From Schmidtea polychroa (taxonomy: Eukaryota): 64,000 nt of DNA. A program made the position numbers and the translations under genes. This document shows, one piece after another, positions 54,901 to 64,000 of this stretch (the first letter of the stretch is position 1; each line of letters opens with the position of its first letter). The notes under the pieces are model-generated. The model ran no database searches and was not told the origin of the DNA. It worked only from the letters and a program-made list of their open reading frames with translations. The stretch lies in the NCBI GenBank assembly GCA_044892525.1, contig CM097885.1, positions 49,974,001 through 50,038,000 of the forward strand, read 5' to 3'.

Positions 54901-57233
54901 TGAAGGCAAAAGTATACGCAAGAGTATTAAAGATCTCCAAGAGTTGATAAACTTTATTAAAGTTGAAGAAAGCTAAAATTTGATCAGAAATATGTAAAAA
55001 AATGCCTTAAATCATTTTTATCATCGATTGAATATGTGCATTAATCTTGGAAAATATTGAATTTCAAAGTTCTTTATTAAGAGAGAAATATATGGCGATT
55101 GAATCTAGTAATCTTACCTGAAACGGAATCAGTGCTAGGGGGAAGTGAAATGTGGAAGATTCTGAAAACTGGATCACATGAATGGTTTTAAATCGAAACA
55201 CGCATAATGATTACAAAATGTGCTATATTAATTGGTTAGTTGAGGTAAAACAAACATTCTGGAAATTGGGAAACCATTATAATTGATGGGATCAAGTGAA
55301 AAATAGTTATCATCAAAAAGCTGCATGGGAGAGAAATTGATTGCACACTTGATTGAGATTGTCAATAAGATGTGATTTGGTTGTAAAGTCATTTATCAAA
55401 CAGAATATTTTATTATATAAAGAATTGAAAATTGTAAACAATCTCAACATTAGCCCAGATCAGCAGGATGAAGAAATTGAGTAGGATTAACGGAGTTAAA
55501 GACAGACAATGAGAAACTTAGTAAAGAACCTAGAAGGACAATAAGCGATATCAAATCAAATTAGCCAATTAGTTGAAATTCTAGTGGGGTAATTATTATT
55601 TCACTGTATGGTTGGTTTAATACAATCCATAAAATACAACAATACCATATAGTTGGAATTGTTAGTTTCAAAAGGGTTTATTTGGATGAGAAAGTTTATC
55701 TCAATTTTTGAAATTCGAAGAAATTTCTGTGTAAGTTTATGTACCTACAAAATATTCCAGATCCCAGATCCTATTTATGCACTCATTTGAGTTTAGGCAT
55801 ATCTGTATGTCTTATTTCCAGCTCCCGATATCTTTTGGTTTTCGAGATAAATTATGTTAAACCTAGGAAATGAAAATTATTATCAATTAAATAAAGTCGT
55901 CGATTAAATTATAATATCGTATTTGCTGAAGCAAATATAATTGGTTAATAGGAAATAATTCATGTTTGGACTGTTCTTTTAACCTGATTTTCTAAATAAG
56001 GTTACTTTTTGCCCATTTTTTTTCCTTCGATCGGAATGGTTAAGAAATTTTTATAATGATTATTAGGAAACTTTTATTTTCTTCAGGCGTACTTAATAGA
56101 CATTGGATGATAAATTTACAAAATCAATAATCACAAAAGATTATTGGATAATAAATATACAAAATCGATAACCACAAAACATTGGATAATAAATATACAA
56201 AATCGATAACCACAAAACATTGGATAATAAATATACACAATCGATAACCACAAAACATTGGATAATAAATATACACAATCGATAACCACAAAACATTGGA
56301 TAATAAATATACAAAATCGATAACCACAAAACATTGGATAATAAATATACAAAATCGATAACCACAAAACATCGGATAATAAATATACAAAATCGATAAC
56401 CACAAAACATTGGATAATAAATATACAAAATCGATAACCACAAAACATCGGATAATAAATATACAAAATCGATAACTACAAAACACATTAAGTACCATGA
56501 GAAAGCATATCTTTCACATACTTTAGACATTCAGGACGCATAGCACGGGGTTTGATCTCTGGCGTCATAACAAACCTCACTTCTCAAAAATTTATACAAT
56601 AAATGTTTCCTTATAACATTCAATGGACTTGCCTCACTTTCAAAAATAAAGGGCACCAATATCTAATCACATAGTTACCGCCTGTCACAATTAAATTTCT
56701 TCAAGTTTCTCTACTATTCAAATGGACAATTTTCATCAGATTCAGCTTTAACTTGGTTTTCTCTCGAACGGTTCTTATTCTACGTCGGAATCCGTGCGGG
56801 AATCCTTCCACGTATACATATAAAATCTATAACATGTTTAATTTATATTTTCACAAACTTATTACCAACTATTGATTAATTGTTTTACGTTATTTACGAA
56901 TCCTTGCAGGTTTTGAATCCTTTTCGGCACATATTTAATACATTTGTCCTGTGTAGTGAAGATCAGAATGACAGTAATTGGAGAAGATATTATGATAATT
57001 CTGTGTATAGAGTGAATAGAAATGATTTTTTTCTCCATTTTATGGTGTGGGGGCAAAATATTTCCAGGTGGGCCATAAATAGAACTTATAAATTGCCGAT
57101 GTTGGATTGGGGATTCGATAATGCTGTTTGGTATTCATTATTTGTCGGATTGAGTTATAAAATTAATCAGAAATTGCGTGAGATTTATAATTGTAAAAGC
57201 TCTGGTGATTTTGTATGTCTTTTTATCAAGTGA
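44991..57233 (+). CDS. Host ubiquitin/NEDD8-conjugating E2 (Ubc12/UBE2F-like) with a long acidic extension; exons 44991-45011(?), 45531-45704, 45747-45874, 45922-46324, 51909-52424, 56910-57233
   Basis: Spliced translation: FIVEICPKKGLYQFAKFLFQ|IQLVSYPREFPNVICLSDIYHPNIEHGEGYHNVCLNLFDNWN|RSFGLIDVIQGLIFLLYQPNLSDPI (HPN motif and catalytic Cys). All junctions are GT-AG and phase-compatible. The first exon is least certain. Confidence 0.82.
46811..47414. mobile_element. hAT MITE (intronic) containing a nested MITE
   Basis: Ends CAGGGGTTCCCAAAGT / ACTCTGGGAATCCCTG; TSD degenerate. Confidence 0.7.
47084..47320. mobile_element. Tc1/mariner-type (Stowaway-like) MITE
   Basis: TIRs CTTCCTCTGTCCAAAAATGATAGTCCAGTT / AACTGGACTATCATTTTTGGACAGAGGGAG; TA TSD. 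Confidence 0.88.
47448..47742. mobile_element. piggyBac MITE
   Basis: TTAA-CCCTTTCGCTACGGG ... CCCGTGGCGAAAGGG-TTAA. Confidence 0.9.
48217..48501. mobile_element. Tc1/mariner MITE
   Basis: CAGGGGTTTTCATTTAAAATG / CATTTAAAATGAAAATCCTG-TA. Confidence 0.65.
48845..48906. repeat. (TA)n microsatellite
   Basis: Pure TA run; another at 58153-58182. Confidence 0.95.
49800..50400 (+). pseudogene. MULE/Mutator transposase C-terminal relic
   Basis: LAIPFAPEEEI..WNCF..RMSNNVVEG*HSRF resembles the RTNNxxEGWH motif of MULE transposases. Confidence 0.65.
52767..53390 (+). repeat. 37-bp minisatellite, ~17 copies
   Basis: Unit ATTGATTTCATTAAATGATAAATAATTAATTACTAGT. Confidence 0.95.
53890..55040 (+). pseudogene. 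Degenerate Tc1/mariner-superfamily transposase
   Basis: KFKEIGSV..GRPS, IGPFFF, QNGAPAH, IGR, SPLDFF and LKAKVY motifs in order. Confidence 0.7.
56143..56485 (+). repeat. 38-bp minisatellite, ~9 copies
   Basis: Unit GGATAATAAATATACAAAATCGATAACCACAAAACATT; explains the three repetitive minus-strand ORFs. Confidence 0.95.
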
Positions 57234-58148
57234 TTCATATGTAAATAATTGGGAAATTTTTTGTTTTGTTGATAGCTCTATTATAAATAAACGGTCTTTA
57301 TAATATCTTTTTTATTGTTAATTGTATTATTTTGTTTAAATTATTAGGTTTTTTGAATATTTACAAAAATCAATACAATTTTTTATAAATAATGAAAAAA
57401 TACATGGCAATGATTTAGTTAATAGAAAGCGCTTCTCAAATCTCCGTTTTGCAGTACATCTCGCTAGTTAAAGTTTCGTTTTCAGGTAAGAGAAAAAAAT
57501 CTAAATATTTAAACTAATTTTCATTTTTAATATTTAAATATTTTTTAAGATTTTTTATATTTAATTAAAATTTTGTAAACAAAATAATTTTAATTTTAGT
57601 CACTAATTGATTAGTTGAAAGTTTATTTCCATACAAATTTAATCAATAAATACGTTTGGAAACTATCAACTCACACACATTTTAGGTTTTTATCCTGTGT
57701 TACACGTTACACAAGTGAATAATTCACAATTTATTAAATGTTCGGTACAGATGGAAGTACAGGGATTATCCTGAAAATTTAAACGCTATAGTAGGACTGC
57801 AGATAGCGGCTAATACTTTCCATAAATTGTCTTGTTAGAACATTAGGAAGTGTTGAGGTTTCCGTAAATTGGGTGGCTCGTACTTTATAAATAAATATTT
57901 GTACATATGATTTATTAATAAAAACAAATTACAGTATAACTGGTTTCTAAAAGATGATTTTTACAATTTGATTATATATGTGGGAGTGTGTGTTTCTGTT
58001 ATTTGCCAGTAAGTAGTTGTGTTTCTGCTTGCAAAAAGTACTTGTGTTCGACTGAATTTCGTTTGGATCTCGAACTGTCAAATTATTATAAATTTTTGGA
58101 GTTTAACTCAAAAATTTCCTGAAGATAAAACTAAGATTTATAAGGGCG

Positions 58149-58187
<39 letters not shown>

Positions 58188-59078
58188 TTCAAATATAAAA
58201 CAACAAAGACAACTGTTTACAATATTACCAATTAAATCTAACAATTTCGAATTCTACGTTCGCTATAAATAGTGGGTGTCAAATTTGTATTTGTGTGAAT
58301 GTTGTGTTTTCGTGTTATGTTGCGTGCACGTTGTCGACTTTTTTGTAGTGTCTGTCGTATTTTTAAGTCTAATGAAGCATTTACCTTTTTAGACTACAGT
58401 AACTACGGTTTTATTTTTGGGCGAAGAATAATGATTTTATTTCATTATTTTTTACTATTTCTGTGCTTCCTCTTAATATTAAAATTTAAATTAATATATT
58501 TTTTAATCATGTTCGAGTACTGTTAATTATTTAATTACTGTTAAAAGTGTGTCGAAATATGTTACTTAAAAATATGTTAAATACTATTAAAACATGTGTT
58601 TTGGAATTACTTGGAAAATGTGTTTTAGAGAAAAAATTTTTATTAATTTTCCTACATGTGTTTTGTAATTACTTCTGAGTACTGGAGAAGCTCTTCAAGC
58701 GCTATTGGAAAAATGTGTTCTGTTTCAAAGATTTTAATTATTACTCTTCAATTATTGTTATTTTTCTCATTATTATTTTAATTAATAACCTAATAATAAT
58801 TAATTAATTCCCATATATCTATTTTTATATTACAATTGTATACAAATAAATAAATAAGCTTCAAGAATTAAATGAATAAAATTTTAACTATAATCACATC
58901 AATAGTCAAATTTAATACACATAAAATAAAGGAATAAAATAAATAAGCTACAAAAATTAAATGGTCAAATATAAGATCCAAATGTCAACTATAATCACAT
59001 CAATATTTAAATTAAATCTCAACGATCCGACAGTTTAATATAATTCCCGCAACGACGATTTATTAACACCACTCTCTA

Positions 59079-59167
59079 GGCTGGATTGGGTTGGTTTGCG
59101 AAACTTTCTTGGCTGGATTGGGTTGGTTTGAGAAACTTTCTGAGCTGGATTGGGTTGGATTGAGAAA
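59079..59167 (+). repeat. Three ~32-bp tandem units
   Basis: GCTGGATTGGGTTGGTTTG(C/A)GAAACTTTCT repeated. Confidence 0.8.
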
Positions 59168-59729
59168 TGTGGATATATGATGTTATGAGGACCCTATGTA
59201 AACATTCACACTCTATTTATTCGGGCCTACTCTATAATACTTTGAGAGTTCAAATTCCTTGATTGCTCGACCCCTGTCATCCAACAATTAGATTTACTAA
59301 TGTGTTTGTTCCTTTTCAAGCGGCCTCTGACCACAATATCCGAACTATTTAAAAATTTTCCATACTCGAAATTATAGACATTAAGTTCATAAATTTTCGG
59401 ATTCAACGATCTTATCAACAATCCTTTCCACATATCGTAAAATGATTGTTCATTTCAGTGAGTTCCTCATTTACAATTGCATATTTTATGGTAAAAATAC
59501 AATTTTGCATGGTTGGAAAAAGTGAGATTTGTAAAATTATTAATTCCGCTTATTCCACAATTCTAAATATTAGCTATCAATTGAAATCGGATACATTAAT
59601 AATTTCTATTTATAAAACAATGAAATATTAATTTTAAATACTTCTAATATGTCAAATGAAGTTCATGGGACATTTACGAATTTTTCAATAGAGTTTATAT
59701 GAAGAATTAAAAACCTGAATAGCTTATAC

Positions 59730-60053
59730 TGTTAACGTTAAATAATGAAAACGAACCGGTTATAAAGGGTGAAAACAAATCAGTTACATTAATTACAATT
59801 ATTAGGATTCTCATCCGTTTTTAAATCACTAAATAATTCCATAAATTTTATTTAATAAAAGATATCTCAAAAAACTTGTCTGTTATTATTTTTGTTATTT
59901 AAACAAATTTCAGATTTTCTTAAAATATTTCTTTGATAAAAATATTTTTTAAAATTGATAAATTTCTTCTTTTTAAAATATTTTTCAATAAAAATATTTT
60001 TAAAATTTTTACCAAATTTCTAATTAATCTTTAAGAATCTTTTAACTTCATCA
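59730..60053 (-). repeat. Probable 3' LTR of the Gypsy element (left boundary uncertain)
   Basis: On the minus strand a polypurine tract AAGGAGGGGGA (60056-60066) is followed by TA and then TGATGAAG... Confidence 0.55.
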
Positions 60054-62940
60054 TATCCCCCTCCTTAAGAATTTTTTTAAGTTTATCCACGTTTCTTTCA
60101 ATCTTTTTACCATTCTCGTTTCTTAAGATATATCGTCTGTCATGCACTGTCTCGATTTCTTTATATGGTCCCTCATATCTGTCCTGGCTTTTGTTGCGTG
60201 TTTCTAATTTTACTAACACATCATCTTCTACGTCAAATTTCCTCCTTGTTTGTTCTTCTTGTTCTTCCTTTACCTGTTTTTCTTTTGACCCGTACCATTT
60301 CTTCTTGCTAATCTTTTTTCCAAAAACAATCTCTGTCGGGCTTATTCCTGTCGTTTTTTGTTTGGTTGCATTTAATGTAAATTCGACTTCTGGTAGTATC
60401 TCTGCCCAATCCGTCTTCCTTCTGTCTCGTAAAGTAACATTTATCAGCTCTCGTATTGTCCTGAATTGCCTTTCTATCTGTCTATTTGTTTGGTGATAGT
60501 ATGGACTCGAAAAACATAACTTAATATCAAGTTTCTTTGTGAATTCTCTCAACATTCCTGATTCAAACGCCTTCCCACAATCAACTTTTATCTCCTTTGG
60601 GCACCCGAATCTTAAAATCCATTTTTCTAAAATTGTTTTTTTTATTGTTTCTTCGTCTTGTCTTGTTATAGCTGTCAGCACTTGATACTTACTATACTGG
60701 TCTATTATACCCAATATATACTTCTTACGTCCTTTTGTTTCTTGCATTGGTCCACATATATCCACGAATATAATTTCGAACATTTCGGTTGATTCTAATT
60801 TTTTTACTGGTTCCTTCGTTGTAATTGTTATAGCCTTGGTATTTTGACAAGTCTCACAACTTCGAATAGTTTCCTGAATCTGACTCCACAGGTGTTTCCC
60901 AATATATCTATCTTTCATATAATCAGCTATCTTCTCGACTCCAGCATGACACAATAGTCTATGTATTTCCTTTATGGTTTATTGTATCTCGTTTTCAGGT
61001 ATCATCGTTTTCTTTCATAATTCTTCTTCCAAATTTCCTTGTTGATTGGTGCTTCTACTTTCTTTTCTGATCGAGTCTAGTAATCTAGTTTTTATCTTTC
61101 CTTTCTTAGCTTCTTCGTGAGCCATTTGACATTGAACACACGTTTCACATTTAGTTCTGGACACCATGTCTGCATTTTGGTGATTAACACCCTTTCTATA
61201 TTCAACGATTATATCCAAACTGCTCAAATAATTGATCCAGGTTTGGAATTGTGAAGTAATTGGCTTCTTGGTTGTCATCATAAACGTGATCGCCTTGTGG
61301 TCTGTCCTTAGCGTGAATCTTCTTCCATAGAGATAGTGCTTAAAATGAATACAAAAATAATATACCGCCAATAGTTCCTTCCTTGTAATGCAATATCCTT
61401 TTTCATGGCTCGTAATCGAGTGTGATCCATACGCAATTACTCTCTCCTTTCCATCTTTATCTCTTTGCGAAAGCACTGCTCCAATGGTATCAAAACTGGC
61501 ATCAGTATCTAAAATGAACTCCTTTCTCAGATCCGGAAAGCATTGAATCGGTGCTAACTTCATTCCCTCGAATACGTTATTCGTTCCTTCAGTCCATTCC
61601 AGTTTTTTGTTACTCGGACCGCTACATAATTGTTCTAACATCCTTTATTTCTTTGCATACTCACTGATGAATTTTCTATAATAATTACAAATGCCTAGAA
61701 AGCTTCGAAGTTTCTTTACGCAACTTGGCTTCCCAAAGTTTTGTATAGCCTGAATCTTAGAAGGATCGATTTTTACTCCTTCTTTACTGATTATGTGTCC
61801 TAAGAATCTGATTTCTTTCTTTATTATTTGACACTTTTCTGGGTTAATCTTTAGTCCTGCTTCATCGATCGCTTTTAATACTTCACTGAGTATTGTAAAA
61901 TGCTTTCCTTTACTATTCGAATAAATCAGAATGTCATCCAAATAGACTATTCCTCCATTTATTTTGCCTATTACCTTTGTCATCATTTCCTGGAACGTAC
62001 CTTGTGCTGCAGCGATTCCGAACGGCATTCTATAGAAACAGTATTGCCCTTTCGTTGTTGAGAATGCTGTTTTCTCTTGCGATTCTTTGTCTAACTCCAC
62101 TTGGTAATATGTATTATCAAGATCGATTGAGCTAAAATAAACGGACCCTCCTAACATATCTAACATCTCGTCTATGTTTGGCATTGGGAATGCCTGCCTC
62201 TCTGTTACTGCATTCAGCTGTCTGAAATCCAAGCATAGGCTAATATCTTTTTTCTCTTTTTCCATACGCAGATTAACTGCGTGTTCTATGGAGAGTTGCA
62301 TTTCCGTATAATCCCGTTTTCGTACAAATTTCGTATTGCTTCTTCAATTTTTGTTTCCAAATTCAATGGTTGACGATATGGTTTTATGTTTATTGGTTCA
62401 CCTCTTGTAATTATCTTATGTTTTACCAAATGCGTGCGACCAACATCCCATTTATCCGCCATAAACACGTTTGCACTGTTCGTTATTATTTCCTTTAATT
62501 TACTATCCTCATCAATCTTTAGATGTTCCAACGTTCGCGTCAATCTTTCTCCATCCTTTATTTGTCTGCCGAATTTTGCTTAAATGTTACAAATATAGTT
62601 CTTGTCTTTTTCACTAGATTCGATATCTTTCTTTTTTGTCAGCCTATATACAAATGCTTCTTGTAATTCTACTCCTCCAATCACCTATGGTGTCACTTTC
62701 TCCGCCACAATAAATCTAACTTCCTTAGAAATATCTCTGATAGTTACTTTAACCTTTGTTCTTCCAATTGTCTCTATCGTACTTTCGTTTGCACATCGTA
62801 ACTTATCGTTGCTTCTCATCAATTGTTGTCCTCGTAACTTGTTAAAACAGTTCACACTCATTACGTTTATTCGTGCTCCGGTGTCTAATAAACAGTCGAA
62901 ATTTCCCCATTCATCATTACTGTTACACTAGGTCTTCCCT
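60031..62940 (-). pseudogene. Gypsy pol (protease, RT, RNase H, integrase), broken by stops and frameshifts
   Basis: FDCLLDTGARINV; CLDFRQLN, RMPFG, VYLDDIL; FILDTDAS, KELLA, RTDHKA; H-x-C zinc finger, VDICGP, QIERQFRT, YEGPY. Confidence 0.95.
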
Positions 62941-63181
62941 GTAGCTTGTTATATACAATTTGTACCTCCTGCCCCGTTTCAATTGTTCCAATTCTTTCCA
63001 CTTCCTCTTCAAACCTTTCTCTCCTTAGGAACCTGTATACTTTCTCACTTACCCTTCCTACATTCTCCCACTTTTCTACCCCTTGAGGATATCCCGTCGA
63101 CTTTTCTGTTAGTATATGGCTCCAACCAAATCCTCTACTGGTGGAGCCCTGTTGTTTGGTTACGTCCTACTAAAATTATCT

Positions 63182-64000
63182 TCATTTGTCTTCAACGCAT
63201 GATTCCATTTCCTCTTCTTCTTCGATTCCATTAATCCGGCTGTATCTGTTTCCTGTCGGTCTTTGTTTCTCTATCGCTTTCTTGTAACTTGACTTTGTAT
63301 AACATTTTTCTGATCTATGACCATTTTTGTTGCATCTTTTACACCGTATTTCTTGACATAACCTTCTTATATGGCCTTCTTTCCCACAACCAAAACATCT
63401 TGGCACTTTTTTATCTGGACAATTCCTACTGATATGTCCGCTTCTGTGACATGTCCAGCACTCTATCTTACTACTTACTGGACATTCTATTTTCGTGTGG
63501 CCTATTTTGTGGCATAGCCAGCACTTTGGTTCTTCTTGTCGCCTGACTTCTTCTCTTTCATCTTTCTGCTTGTACTGTCCTCTTCTCTGTGGATCCTGAT
63601 AGACCACTCTTGCATAACATTTCAAAGCGTTGATATGATCTCTCTGCCTGTCCACTTTATCCATCAGAATTAATGTTTCCTTTATCTCCTCTGTGCTTTT
63701 TATCTTCCGCAATATTACTTCTTTCTCAACTTCTTTATTCTCAGCACATACTATCAACATCTTTGCTGTTATTTTCTCTTTGGTGAATTCTTTATTCTCA
63801 AACAACCTGCCAACAAGGTCCTCCACTTTTTAAAAATATGTTTCAATCTCTTCGCCTCTTCTTTTATAATTCAATAAACTTTCCATATCCTTTATTACGT
63901 CTCTTTCGTAATCAAATGCCTTTCGTAACCTGGCTTGATATCCTTCTGCTTTTTTAACTGTTTTCGCATATTTCTCCAATAGATCCTCGTCGATCATGAA
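63182..64000 (-). CDS. Gypsy gag with four CCHC zinc knuckles (partial)
   Basis: CWLCHKIGHTKIEC, CWTCHRSGHISRNC, CFGCGKEGHIRRLC, CKRCNKNGHRSEKC. Confidence 0.88.

Larger units (their letters stand above)
59730..64000 (-). mobile_element. Ty3/Gypsy LTR retrotransposon, 5' part beyond the window
   Basis: Order gag-PR-RT-RNaseH-INT followed by a polypurine tract. Confidence 0.95.

Noticed and set aside
56124..56530. Three overlapping repetitive hydrophobic ORFs, or a CRISPR array
   Set aside because: 38-bp minisatellite read in three frames; no spacers.
60191..63234. Plus-strand ORFs opposite the Gypsy genes
   Set aside because: Antisense shadows of gag-pol.

Overview
Very AT-rich, intron-containing eukaryotic DNA with 41-47 bp introns and long (ATT)n tracts; a planarian-like invertebrate is plausible but is inference only. 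About 1-9007 is a decayed, composite Maverick/Polinton (adintovirus-like) locus. It has a virion/integration cassette (packaging ATPase, basic core protein, chromodomain integrase, penton, pX-like protein, hexon) cut at 4440 by a second AGTAG-starting end. That second segment carries intron-containing accessory genes, including a Bcl-2-family pseudogene missed by the ORF track. A protein-primed PolB fragment and an ACTACT end follow. 11640-24374 is a 12.7-kb non-coding element with Maverick-type AGTAGT..ACTACT termini, a near-perfect 6-bp TSD and a giant internal palindrome (~5-kb arms). It shares a ~80-bp cis motif with the coding Maverick. The rest holds tandem repeats related to a Gypsy LTR, many MITEs (hAT, piggyBac, Tc1/mariner), an internally deleted pogo/Tigger carrying a minimal hammerhead ribozyme, MULE and Tc1 relics, and a 6-exon host gene for a Ubc12/UBE2F-like E2 with a long acidic extension (44991-57233). 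A Ty3/Gypsy element on the minus strand runs off the right edge. All calls come from manual reading and translation; no database searches were run.
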